Made by a program: the position numbers and the translations under genes
Shown here: one piece after another, positions 51,745 to 60,957 of the stretch
How positions within the stretch are numbered: position 1 is the stretch's first letter
How the letters are laid out: each line of letters starts with the position of its first letter
Source of the DNA: an uncultured Thermoleophilia bacterium
Lineage (GTDB): Bacteria > Actinomycetota > Thermoleophilia > Gaiellales > Gaiellaceae
NCBI GenBank assembly: GCA_963708505.1
Contig: CAVPST010000002.1
Coordinates: 149,287-213,286 of the forward strand
Length of the DNA: 64,000 nucleotides
Reading direction: 5' to 3'
Notes under the pieces: model-generated
Told to the model about the DNA's origin: nothing
Seen by the model: only the letters and a program-made list of their open reading frames with translations
Databases searched by the model: none

Positions 51745-52942
51745 CGGCGGGAGTGACGCTGAGCGGTGTCGGCAAGGTTTACCCGGACGGAAAGCGCGCC
51801 GTCAGCGGGGTCGACCTGCGAGATCGAGCCCGGCCAGCTGATGGTGCTCGTCGGCCCCTCCGGGTGCGGCAAGACGACGACGCTGCGGATGACCGCGGGG
51901 CTCGAGGAGATCAGCGAAGGGGAGATCCGCATCGGCGACCAGGTCGTCAACTCGATCGACCCGCGCGAGCGCGACGTGGCGATGGTCTTCCAGAACTACG
52001 CGCTCTACCCGCACATGAGCGTCTTCGACAACCTGGCGTTTCCCCTTCGCGCAGGCGGAATGGCGAAGCGAGAGGTCCGAGTACGCGTCGAGCGCGTCGC
52101 GAAGCTGCTCGAGCTGGACCAGTTGCTGCGGCGCAAGCCGCGGGCGCTCTCGGGCGGTCAGCGCCAGCGGGTGGCGATGGGGCGCGCGATCGTCCGGGAA
52201 CCGAAGGTGTTCCTGATGGACGAGCCGCTCTCCAACCTCGACGCGCAGCTGCGTACGCAGCTGCGGGCTGAGATCGCCGGCCTCCAGCGCGACCTCGGCG
52301 TGACGACGATGTACGTCACTCACGACCAGCTCGAGGCGATGACGATGGGCACGCGGATCGCCGTGATGCGCGGAGGCGTTCTTCAGCAATGCGGTGCGCC
52401 GCAGACGATCTACGACGAGCCCGACAACATCTTCGTCGCGACATTCATCGGTTCGCCCAGGATGAACGTACTTCAGGGCAGGATCGAACGCGACGGCGGT
52501 TTACTTCATTGCGTTCTCGGCGATCAGCGGCTTCCGGTCACCGGCGCCAACGGCCCCGTCGGCGCGCTGGAGGCTTACTCCGGCGCGGATGTCGCGGTGG
52601 GGGTGCGTCCCGAGGACCTCGGCGATCCCGCTGAGGGCCCCCCGGACCGTCCCCGTCTCCGCGGCCGGGTGAAGCTCGTCGAGCTGCTCGGCGCGGAGCG
52701 GCTGGTTCAGATACAGCTCGACGTGCAGCCCGTCGTCGTCGACCAGGTGCTCGAGGTCGCACGGGACGTGGACGCGACTGCGGTCGGGGAGATCCCGGAG
52801 CGAGACGAAGTCCGATCGGGCGATCGTGACGGCGCGCTACGACTCTCACGCGAGAGTCAGTCCCGGCGATCCAATCGAAGCCGCCGTCAGGATCGAGCGG
52901 CTCCAGTTCTTCGACCTGGCGACCGGCGGCGCGATTCGCTAG
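51741..52942 (+). pseudogene. Sugar ABC transporter ATP-binding protein (MalK/UgpC/MsiK-like), with two frame breaks as sequenced
   Basis: ATG 51741 gives an ATGA overlap with the permease stop. It reads [26 protein letters not shown], then [20 protein letters not shown]...[14 protein letters not shown]...[11 protein letters not shown] in the 51766 frame. The tail is [43 protein letters not shown]. The breaks lie near 51819 and 52818. Confidence 0.82.
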
Positions 52943-53045
52943 GCGCCGGCCGACTAGGTGCACGCTCTAAGCGGGCGCAGGGGAGGCTGCAAACCGGTTG
53001 CCGATGTGCCACCCTTCAGGCTCCGATTAGGAAAGGGGGGAGATC

Positions 53046-54722
53046 GTGAAGAAGGCCCTCTTGACGCTTGCGGCGCTCGCGGCGCTCACTGTGCTCGCCG
53101 TGCTCGCGAGCGCGGGCTCAGCGTCTACGGCATGGACCCTCGTCGGGACGAACGTGGTCGCGAGCAGTCCTGTGGCGGGCGGCGGTTATCCCGTCTCGCC
53201 GGGCTCGACGAAGCCGCTGCCCGGCACGTGCGGGCCGCAGATGCTGGACTCGAACCACTCGGAGTCGTGGCTCGCTGTGAAGCCCGGCACCGAGGACATC
53301 GTTGGCGACGCGAAGTTCTTCATCGGCAAGTGGAGCACGTTCTACGACTTCCACCTGGGGTCGTTCACCATCCTCAACGGTTCGCCGGTGTCGAACAACC
53401 AGGTGCAGGGCTATGAGTGCACCACGGTCGGCACGCAGAACATGCCGCCGAGCTGGACGATGAACACCGACCCGAACGTCGACTGGGACACGCACGGCCG
53501 CGCGTACATGGCGACCCTGCCATTCAACGCGTTCTGGGAGGGTGGCCTGCACCCGAACGGCGAGATCGACGTCTCGTACTCGGATGACATGGGTGCTCAC
53601 TGGGTGAAGGGGAACGGCGGCAAGGCTCTGGATTCGACGAACAACCAGACGAGCCTCACGCTGGGCCACGTCGAGGACAAGGAATGGATCGCCGTCAACC
53701 ACATCTCCGGGAACGTGAACCAGGATCACGTGTACGCGATGTGGACGACCTTCAACGGCGCGTCCGGTGGGAGCAAGATCATGGTTGCTGTCTCGCGCGA
53801 CCGGGGACAGACGTTTTCGAAGGCCGTCCAGCTGACGACGCCTTCGGCGACCACGCCGGCGAACACCTTCGTCTATCCGTCGGTCGGTTCGGACGGCACG
53901 GTCTACGTCGCGTTCGTCAGCGGGTTCGACACGACGAACAAGAACCGGGTCGGCCACGTCTACGTGACGAAGTCGGTCGACGACGGCATCACCTGGACCC
54001 CGTTCACCGTCGCGGCGACTCCGGTCGAGAACCCGAACGGCTACTTCCCGCCGACGAACTTCCGGGACGGGATCCTCGAGAACTTCGCGGCAAGCCCGAC
54101 CTACCCGGGGCATGTCTATCTGACGTACGAGAACTGGGACCTGGCGGTGAACCATTCCGACGTCTACTTCACGCAATCGACGGACGGCGGCCTCACGTGG
54201 TCGGCGCCGTCGCTCGTGAACGACGACGGCGATCCGTCGACCGACCAGTTCCAGCCCTCGGTCGCGGCCGGCCCCGGCGGCGCAGTCGCGGTCGCCTTCT
54301 ACGACCGGCGTGAGCTGTGCGCGTCGGATCCGTCGATCATCCCGGCGCACGTCGGCGCGGCGAATACGTGCATCAACGTCTCGCTCCAGCCCTACAAGGA
54401 CAGCGGGACGGCGGCCGGCGCGGTTCCGGTCGGCGGCAACGTGCGGGTCTCGCAGTTCGCATGGGATCCGGACCAGCCGGCGCAGAAGGTGAACGGGATC
54501 TCGCAGTACCCGTGCGCCGCGCACAGCGACCCGTGTCCGACCGGTAGCGGCTTCATCGGCGACTACTTCGGCCTCGCGATCTCGGGCTCGAACATCTACA
54601 CCCTGTCCGTCTCCACCCACTACCCGGGCGCGGGCGTGACCGCGGACGGCGGCGGACCCGTCTACTACCAGCAACAGGTGCTGGGGAAGGTTCCGCGCTC
54701 CACCTTCGGCGCGGGTTTCTAA
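53046..54722 (+). CDS. Secreted BNR/Asp-box repeat (sialidase-fold beta-propeller) protein
   Basis: It has a signal peptide [27 protein letters not shown]. Four Asp-boxes are present: [26 protein letters not shown] and STDGGLTW. Confidence 0.8.
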   Translation: MKKALLTLAALAALTVLAVLASAGSASTAWTLVGTNVVASSPVAGGGYPVSPGSTKPLPGTCGPQMLDSNHSESWLAVKPGTEDIVGDAKFFIGKWSTFYDFHLGSFTILNGSPVSNNQVQGYECTTVGTQNMPPSWTMNTDPNVDWDTHGRAYMATLPFNAFWEGGLHPNGEIDVSYSDDMGAHWVKGNGGKALDSTNNQTSLTLGHVEDKEWIAVNHISGNVNQDHVYAMWTTFNGASGGSKIMVAVSRDRGQTFSKAVQLTTPSATTPANTFVYPSVGSDGTVYVAFVSGFDTTNKNRVGHVYVTKSVDDGITWTPFTVAATPVENPNGYFPPTNFRDGILENFAASPTYPGHVYLTYENWDLAVNHSDVYFTQSTDGGLTWSAPSLVNDDGDPSTDQFQPSVAAGPGGAVAVAFYDRRELCASDPSIIPAHVGAANTCINVSLQPYKDSGTAAGAVPVGGNVRVSQFAWDPDQPAQKVNGISQYPCAAHSDPCPTGSGFIGDYFGLAISGSNIYTLSVSTHYPGAGVTADGGGPVYYQQQVLGKVPRSTFGAGF

Positions 54723-54732
54723 TCGAAACTCA

Positions 54733-54770
54733 GAGGGGCCGTGCCGCGCGGTGCGGCCCCTCGGATCTTT
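54733..54770 (+). terminator. Intrinsic-terminator-like hairpin after the BNR gene
   Basis: GAGGGGCCG (54733-54741) pairs with CGGCCCCTC (54754-54762). The inner GC-rich segment is also self-complementary. TCGGATCTTT follows. Confidence 0.65.
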
Positions 54771-54935
54771 AGCTCGCGCCGCCGCGTCTGCTTCGCACAA
54801 ACTTCGCACTCCCGCGGGTGTCGTTGGCGAGTTCGAGGCGTGGCTTCCTGTCGCCGCGGCGCCGGCGATACGAGGAAGCCTCGCCTAGGCGCCGTGCGGT
54901 TGAGCGACTACCCTGGTGCATTCGATGAGGCGCCG

Positions 54936-55904
54936 ATGCTGAGGGTCTGGATAGCGGCACTTGCGGCCGCGATCGCACTAACCGCTGCTGCCGCGGCGGC
55001 CAAGGCTCCCCCGCTGCCGCAGGCAACCGGTCACCGGACGGTGACGGTCGTCGCTCGCGGCATTCCGACTCCGACCGAGTTCGCTGTCCTCGCCGGACGC
55101 CTCTTTGTTGCCGGTTACGGCGACGAGCACGACCCGAGCGTGGTGGGTGGTGTCTACATGCTCAGCGGCGGTAAGGCGATCAGAGTGCCAGGCTCGCCGC
55201 AGCATGTGATTGGCGTCGCAGCGGCGAAGAACACGCTCTACCTGAGCACCAGCCAGGCGCTCCTCGCGTGGAGCGGCTGGAACGGCAGGCGTTTTCAGAC
55301 GACACGCGTCCTCAGAACGCCTTTGGGCTATGGAAGCTTCAGGGGCCCGGCCGTCGGGCCTGACGGGTTGATCTACGTGGGAGCGGATACCCATCCCCCT
55401 CCGCCGCCACCGAACTGGAGCGCGTCGTTCGTGTCCGTCGATCCCGCGACCGGCGCGACCAGCGTCATCGCGGGCGGGATGCGCCAGCCGTGGCAGCCAC
55501 TCTTCCTACCCGGCCACGCACTACCTCTCGTCGCCGATCTCAACCAGGACGACCTCGGCCCGAAGCGCCCGCGCGATTACCTCCTCGCGATCAAGCGCGG
55601 CGCGAACTACGGCTTCCCGGCCTGCCCGGCGACCCCGAGTACGTGTGCGAACTACGCACAACCGCTCGTTCAGTTCCCGGCCCATTCCTCCCCTATGGGG
55701 CTCGGCTACCTGCACGGCAAGCTTTACGTCGCGCTCTACGGCGGCCTGGGCAAAGGCCCCGTTGTCGTATCGATGCCGCCGAGTGGCGGTACGCCGACAC
55801 CCTTCCTGTCGGGGTTCCCGGCTCCCGTGATCGCTCTCGGCACTGCCGGCGGCAGCCTCTATGCCGGCGACCAGAGCGGCGTGATCTATCGCGTCACGCC
55901 CTGA
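54936..55904 (+). CDS. Secreted PQQ-dependent sugar dehydrogenase-like (glucose/sorbosone dehydrogenase fold) protein
   Basis: It starts at MLRVWIAALAAAIALTAAAAAA (ATG 54936). It has the motifs GMRQPWQ and KRGANYGFPAC, which resemble the G-x-R-N-P and NYGWP motifs of soluble GSDH propellers. Confidence 0.6.
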   Translation: MLRVWIAALAAAIALTAAAAAAKAPPLPQATGHRTVTVVARGIPTPTEFAVLAGRLFVAGYGDEHDPSVVGGVYMLSGGKAIRVPGSPQHVIGVAAAKNTLYLSTSQALLAWSGWNGRRFQTTRVLRTPLGYGSFRGPAVGPDGLIYVGADTHPPPPPPNWSASFVSVDPATGATSVIAGGMRQPWQPLFLPGHALPLVADLNQDDLGPKRPRDYLLAIKRGANYGFPACPATPSTCANYAQPLVQFPAHSSPMGLGYLHGKLYVALYGGLGKGPVVVSMPPSGGTPTPFLSGFPAPVIALGTAGGSLYAGDQSGVIYRVTP

Positions 55905-56000
55905 CGGATTACCTCGTACCAACTTCGCACGACGACGGTCAGGCTCAGTTCGCTGGCTCGCCGTGCGCGAGAAACACTGCGATGAGCAGGACCTTTCGAG

Positions 56001-56072
56001 TGGGCGCACCTGGGATCGAACCAGGGACCTCTCGCGTGTGAAGCGAGCGCTCTCCCGCTGAGCTATGCGCCC
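56001..56072 (-). tRNA. tRNA-Val (anticodon CAC)
   Basis: The minus strand reads GGGCGCATAGCTCAGCGGGAGAGCGCTCGCTTCACACGCGAGAGGTCCCTGGTTCGATCCCAGGTGCGCCCA. This folds into a complete cloverleaf:
- 7-bp acceptor stem
- D arm GCTC/GAGC
- anticodon stem CTCGC/GCGAG with loop TTCACAC
- T arm CCTGG-TTCGATC-CCAGG
No CCA is encoded. Confidence 0.92.
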
Positions 56073-56135
56073 GGGTGAGGCTGCAAACCTAGCATTGATG
56101 CGGGTTTCGGTCGCCCATCGGGTTGGCCGTGCCCG

Positions 56136-57344
56136 TCACGAATGGCCCAGGTGCGGGTGGAGCGAGGCTGGGCTGGCCCGGCGGCGTGCGACCGCGAAGG
56201 ACGATGCGCCCATCGCCACCGCGATGATCGCGGCGACGGCGTAGATGGAGTGCAGCTCGACTCCGCTGTCCACGAGCGGGCCGACACCGAACGCGGCGAT
56301 CCCGTAGCCGAGTTGGTAGAAGGCGATCACGCCTCCCGCGAGCATCGCGGACATGTCCGCGAACTCTTCCTGGCCGAAGCTGATCGTGAGCGGCAGGAGC
56401 GCCGAGCAGCCGAGACCGGCGAGCCCGAACGCGAGCACTCCGAGGCCCGGCTTTCCTTCCGGGAGCGATGCGATGAGCACGAAGGCGCCGGCGAGCACGA
56501 ACGGCAGCACGTGGTAGGTCAGCCGCGAGGGAATCCAGCGCTGGACGGCGGCGAACAACACCCGCCCCACCGTGACCATCAACCAGAAGGCGGTGAGACC
56601 GAGGGACGCAACCGTCGCCGACGCACCGACGCTGCTCTTCAGGTCGAGCTGAGCCCAGTTGCCGTTCAGGGTCTCGCAGATGCCGTAGAGGACGGCGAAC
56701 CCGGCGTAGACCCAGCAGCGCGCCGGAATGCCCGTCCGCGCCTTCGCCGCGGCTGCAGGAACGGCCGGCACGCGTAGGGGCAGCCGCACGCTCACGACGA
56801 CGAGCGCGACGAGCAGGGTCGCCGACGTCAGCGGCAGCCCCCACCAGAATCCCAGACCCACGAAGAGCGCGACGAACAGCGGCGCCAGAACGGTCCCCAG
56901 CCCGAGGAGCGCATTGAGAACGAGGATCGCGCGATCCGCGGTGCGCGGGTGAAACGCGGCTGCAAAGGTGTTCAGCGTGGGGACGGTGAGGCCGAAGCCG
57001 GTACCCAGGAAGGCAGTCGCAAGCAGGAGGAGGGGGTACGCGACCTGGTCCGAGGTGAGGAACGAGCTCACGAGCAGCAGCGCCATCGACACCAAACCGG
57101 CGATCAGCCCGACGATGTAGACGCGTTTCGCCCCGAAGCGGCGGCTGAGACTCGCCCCGAGCAAGGCGGTTGTGATCGCGGTGATCACCTGCGGCAGGAA
57201 TAGCGTCCCGTACTGCGTGCTCGACAGGTCGTACTCGGTCGGGTCGGTGAAGATCGTGCTCGCCGCCGGGAACGTCACGAGCACGATCCCCTGGACCATG
57301 CCGGCGGCGTAGACAACGGCTGCCTCCGTTTTGCTCGCGATCAC
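56136..57344 (-). CDS. MFS transporter (12 TM)
   Basis: 402-aa ORF that is hydrophobic throughout, with an MFS-like layout including LSRRFGAKRVYIVGL. Confidence 0.82.
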   Translation of the reverse strand: MIASKTEAAVVYAAGMVQGIVLVTFPAASTIFTDPTEYDLSSTQYGTLFLPQVITAITTALLGASLSRRFGAKRVYIVGLIAGLVSMALLLVSSFLTSDQVAYPLLLLATAFLGTGFGLTVPTLNTFAAAFHPRTADRAILVLNALLGLGTVLAPLFVALFVGLGFWWGLPLTSATLLVALVVVSVRLPLRVPAVPAAAAKARTGIPARCWVYAGFAVLYGICETLNGNWAQLDLKSSVGASATVASLGLTAFWLMVTVGRVLFAAVQRWIPSRLTYHVLPFVLAGAFVLIASLPEGKPGLGVLAFGLAGLGCSALLPLTISFGQEEFADMSAMLAGGVIAFYQLGYGIAAFGVGPLVDSGVELHSIYAVAAIIAVAMGASSFAVARRRASPASLHPHLGHS

Positions 57345-57363
57345 GCGTCGGTACCGCCCCGTG

Positions 57364-58848
57364 TCAGGCGGGCTCTGCTACAGCCGGCTCGGAGCTCGTC
57401 GAGGTGAGTGGCTTCGTGATGGATTCGAGGGACTGCCCCTCGGCGTTGATTCCAAGGAAGATCTCGACGATTCCGCCGATCATCATGATCCCGGCTCCGA
57501 TCAGATAGCCGATGAAGAGCGGCGTACGGCTCGTTCCGTCGCCGATCAGCCAGCCGTAGAACAGCGGCCCGAGCGCCCCGAAGATCTGGGCGATGGCGAA
57601 GAACACCGCGATCGCCTCGGCGCGGATCTCGATCGGCCAGGTCTCGCTGACCGTCAGATATGCCGCACTCGCCCCGGCCGAGGCGAAGAAGAAGATGACG
57701 ATCCAGACGAAGGTCTGCGAGGTCGCATCCAGGTCGTGTTTCTGGAAGAGCCAGCCGCTCACCGCCAGCAGAAACCCAGAGATCAGGTAGGTCCCCGAGA
57801 TCATCTTCTTCCGGCCGACCGTGTCGAACAGCGGCGCGAGCACCAGCGGGCCGAGCAGGTTGCCGATCGAAAAGGCGAGCCCGTAGATCGGCACCTTCGT
57901 CGCACTCACGCCGTAGAACTGCGTCAGCACGAGCGCGTAGGTGAAGAAGATCGCGTTGTAGAGGAACGACTGCGTGATCATCAACGTCGCGCCGAGAACC
58001 GCGCGCCTCGGATAGGTGTGGAAGACGAGGAAGAGGAACCGCACATAGCCGTACTGCGCTTCCGGCACGAGCTCGATCGCCTTGTCGTCTCCGACCGGCT
58101 CCAGCGTCTGGCCCGCCTTGATCGCCGCTTCCTCGATCTTGGCGAGCTCCCGCTCGGCCTCCTCGACCCGGCCGTGCGTCATCAGCCAACGCGGACTCTC
58201 CGGCAGCGTTCGTCCCACGTAGATGACGACGAGCGCGAGCACGGGACCCATCAGGAACGCCAACCGCCAGCCGACGTTGGCCGCGAAGGCGTTGAGGAAG
58301 ATCAGCGACGCGAACGAGCCGAGGATCGCCCCGGCCCAGTAGGAGCCGTTGATCCAGATATCGACCCGGCCCCGGTAGCTCGACGGCATCATCTCGTCGA
58401 TTGCCGAGTTGATCGCCGCGTACTGGCCGCCGATCCCCATCCCCGCCACGAAGCGCGTCGCGTAGAAGAAGAGGAGCCAGCCCGTGTGATGCCCCGTCAC
58501 GAAGGCTGCCAACCCCGTGCCGAACAGGTAGAGCAGCAGGGTCGTGATCAGCAACCTCTTCCGGCCGAGCCGGTCCGACATCTTCCCGAACACGAGCGCG
58601 CCGACCATCTCGCCGACCAGGTAGACCGATGCGATCAACCCGATCTCGGTCGAGGTCATCCCGAGTGTGGAGGGCTTCTGGAGCTCTCCCGTGACCGAGC
58701 TGGAGATCGTGATCTGCAGGCCGTCGAGGATCCACGCTGCCCCGAGCCCGGCCACCATCCGCGTGTGGAACGGCGACCAGTGCAGGCGATCGAGGCGCGC
58801 CGGAACGGTGCTCCGAATCACCTTAGATTCAGCTGCGACTTCGCCCAT
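57364..58848 (-). CDS. MFS transporter, sugar-porter / metabolite:H+ symporter type
   Basis: 494-aa ORF with the motifs GKMSDRLGRKRLLITTLL, PESPRWL and PIEIRAEA, which are typical of the sugar-porter family. Confidence 0.85.
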   Translation of the reverse strand: MGEVAAESKVIRSTVPARLDRLHWSPFHTRMVAGLGAAWILDGLQITISSSVTGELQKPSTLGMTSTEIGLIASVYLVGEMVGALVFGKMSDRLGRKRLLITTLLLYLFGTGLAAFVTGHHTGWLLFFYATRFVAGMGIGGQYAAINSAIDEMMPSSYRGRVDIWINGSYWAGAILGSFASLIFLNAFAANVGWRLAFLMGPVLALVVIYVGRTLPESPRWLMTHGRVEEAERELAKIEEAAIKAGQTLEPVGDDKAIELVPEAQYGYVRFLFLVFHTYPRRAVLGATLMITQSFLYNAIFFTYALVLTQFYGVSATKVPIYGLAFSIGNLLGPLVLAPLFDTVGRKKMISGTYLISGFLLAVSGWLFQKHDLDATSQTFVWIVIFFFASAGASAAYLTVSETWPIEIRAEAIAVFFAIAQIFGALGPLFYGWLIGDGTSRTPLFIGYLIGAGIMMIGGIVEIFLGINAEGQSLESITKPLTSTSSEPAVAEPA

Positions 58849-59035
58849 CCGCTCCCTTTCGACGCAACTCCGCGGCCTCGCGGTCGAAATTCGGAACGAT
58901 CAGACCAGGCGATGCCCGGACAGACATCATCCTCATGGGATGAACGGTGGGGCCTCAGCCGTCCCGGGTTCGCGAGGCCGTTCCTGCCCTCGTGCTTGCA
59001 AGCCGAGAGGTCGCACGCGGAGCCGTGTCCGCGGG

Positions 59036-59120
59036 AAAAGGCCGCGGCACCGGTGAGGGATCCTTAGGGCTGCTTCCTCCCGGATCTGACCCGGTTCGGA
59101 ACCTCACCGCGCCGCGGGCG
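59036..59120 (-). ncRNA. ffs: Signal recognition particle RNA, small bacterial (4.5S-like) type
   Basis: The minus strand reads ...CCGCGGCGCGGTGAGGTTCCGAACCGGGTCAGATCCGGGAGGAAGCAGCCCTAAGGATCCCTCACCGGTGCCGCGGCCTTTTCC. The core GGTCAG-ATCCGG-GAGGAAGCAGCC-CTAAGG matches the universally conserved domain IV of 4.5S RNA (E. coli GGUCAGGUCCGGAAGGAAGCAGCCAAGG) with a GNRA loop. Flanking arms GGTGAGG/CCTCACC and CCGCGGC/GCCGCGG pair, and a T-run follows. A possible -10 element TAAACT lies at 59126-59131. The ends are uncertain by about 10 nt. Confidence 0.82.
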
Positions 59121-59138
59121 CGCTCAGTTTAGCGGCGC

Positions 59139-59237
59139 CTAGATGGTTGATCGGTAGTTGCCGTTGTCGCGGGGAGGGTCTGCGCCGCGCGCAGGCCCCC
59201 AGCCGTGGCGGCGTTGAATTGCCGATCAACCATCTAG
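59139..59237. repeat. Inverted repeat: 16-bp perfect arms around a 67-nt structured spacer
   Basis: CTAGATGGTTGATCGG (59139-59154) pairs with CCGATCAACCATCTAG (59222-59237). The right arm contains the lipoprotein stop codon. The left arm sits where a -35 element for ffs would be. The spacer holds its own GC hairpin, CTGCGC-GCG-GCGCAG. Confidence 0.75.
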
Positions 59238-59656
59238 CCCTTCGCCTTGTCGATGCAGCGCTTGATCGCGGCGAGCTCGACGGGCGAGATCTTGGCCGGC
59301 GGTGCGCCTGCATACGGCGACGGGTTGCCGTGGAAATCGATGACGCCGTCCTCGACGATCGCCGTCGTCTTCGGGTTCTTCTTCGAGCCGGCGGCCTTGG
59401 CGGCCGCAGCCGTCGGGTACAGGGTGAGCGTGAAGTTGACGCCCGCCGGGGACATCCCGTCGAGCACGGTCTGGCTCGGCTGGACGAGGAAGTTCTCGTC
59501 CTGGTTCAAGCAGTCGCCGACCGTGACCCCGTTCAGCTTCTTCGTGTCGATCGTGCCCGTGGCCGAGTTCGAGGACGAGCCGCCGCCTCCACCGCAGCCG
59601 GCGAGCAATGCCGCGACGGCGAGGAGGAAGAGGATGGTGGTGCGGTGCTTCGGCAT
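59234..59656 (-). CDS. Lipoprotein of unknown function
   Basis: It starts at MPKHRTTILFLLAVAALLAGCGGGGG, with the lipobox LLAGC (ATG 59654-59656). The upstream part of ORF 59234-59752 is unlikely to be coding. Confidence 0.7.
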   Translation of the reverse strand: MPKHRTTILFLLAVAALLAGCGGGGGSSSNSATGTIDTKKLNGVTVGDCLNQDENFLVQPSQTVLDGMSPAGVNFTLTLYPTAAAAKAAGSKKNPKTTAIVEDGVIDFHGNPSPYAGAPPAKISPVELAAIKRCIDKAKG

Positions 59657-59901
59657 GGCGGCTTGGCCTTTCAGGTAATCGTCAGGGTGGGGGCGCCGAG
59701 CGTAGCGCCCTCCGGCAACTTGCGCAAAGGCCCGGACACCAGCACAATCCACGCAAGAGACCCTGACGACGAGGAGGTGGTGCGAGATGAAGGCATTCGA
59801 CGAGACCCGCGTTTCCCGCGCTGCCGCTCGTCCCCTGCGCTCCTAGTGCGAGTGACGGGCCGCACGCCCGTCCATCGATCACGCACACAAAGGAGCATTG
59901 G

Positions 59902-60957
59902 TTGACACTTCCGGTCACGGAATCCTTGCTACACCGACTCGGGTGGGACGACGGCTGGGAGGCCGCGTTCGCCGACCATCGCGCCGCGGGGCTCGCACCC
60001 TTCCGCGTCGCCGTTCAGCATCGGGGCGCGTACGACCTCATCGGCGAGGGCGCCGAGTTGCGCGCGAGCGCCGCCAACCGGCTCGCCCGTGAGGAAGCAC
60101 TGCCCGGGGTTGGGGACTGGGTCGCTGTCGACCCGGCCTCGAATCTCATCGAGGCGGTGCTCCCGCGCCGCACGTCGATCTCGCGCAAGGAAGTGATGCA
60201 GGCGACGCGCGAGCAGATCCTCGCCGCCAACGTCGATGTCGCCTTCCTCGTGCAAGGGCTGCCGCTCGACTTCAACGTCCGCCGCCTGGAGCGATACCTC
60301 GCGATGGCGTGGGAGAGCGGCGCGCAGCCCGTCGTCGTCCTGACGAAGACCGACCTCGTCGACGACGTGACCCCGTATCTCGTCGACGTCGAGACGGTCA
60401 CGATCGGCACGTGCCCGACGGTCGCCGTCTCGGCACTGACGGGAGAGGGGCTCGACGATCTGCGAGCTTGGTTCCGGGGCAACCGCACGGCCGTCCTGCT
60501 CGGCTCGTCGGGCGTCGGGAAGTCGACGATCGTCAACGCATTCGTCGGGGAAGAGCTGCTCGAGACCCAGGAGGTCCGGGCCGACGACCAGGCCGGCCGC
60601 CACACCACGACACGCCGCGAGCTGATCCTCCTGCCCGGCGGCGGTGTCGTTCTCGACACGCCGGGGATCCGGGAGCTCCAGCTCTGGGATGCCGACCTCG
60701 AGCAGGCCTTCGGCGACATCGACGAGATAGCCCGGAGATGCCGCTTCGCAGACTGCGCGCACGATCGCGAACCGGGCTGCGCGATTCGCGAAGCGCTGTC
60801 GGACGGCTCGCTCGCCGCCGACCGGTGGGCGAGCTATCTGAAGCTCCAGCGCGAGCTCGACGCGGTCGAGGTCCGACGCAACCACTTGCTCCGGCAGGAG
60901 CGAGTTCGGGAGTACAAGATTCGCGCACGCGCGAATCGACGCAAGAAGAAGCACTGA
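59902..60957 (+). CDS. rsgA: Ribosome small subunit-dependent GTPase A
   Basis: It shows the circularly permuted GTPase order: LTKTDLV, then GSSGVGKSTIVN, then DTPG. The zinc-finger motif is CRFADCAHDREPGC. A TTG start follows AAAGGAG. Confidence 0.9.
   Translation: MTLPVTESLLHRLGWDDGWEAAFADHRAAGLAPFRVAVQHRGAYDLIGEGAELRASAANRLAREEALPGVGDWVAVDPASNLIEAVLPRRTSISRKEVMQATREQILAANVDVAFLVQGLPLDFNVRRLERYLAMAWESGAQPVVVLTKTDLVDDVTPYLVDVETVTIGTCPTVAVSALTGEGLDDLRAWFRGNRTAVLLGSSGVGKSTIVNAFVGEELLETQEVRADDQAGRHTTTRRELILLPGGGVVLDTPGIRELQLWDADLEQAFGDIDEIARRCRFADCAHDREPGCAIREALSDGSLAADRWASYLKLQRELDAVEVRRNHLLRQERVREYKIRARANRRKKKH

Noticed and set aside
58849-59130. A riboswitch or long structured 5-prime UTR controlling the sugar-porter-type MFS gene
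   Set aside because: The structured part turned out to be an independent SRP RNA gene, with the conserved domain IV motif and its own T-run. The remaining about 185 nt show no riboswitch core that I recognise.
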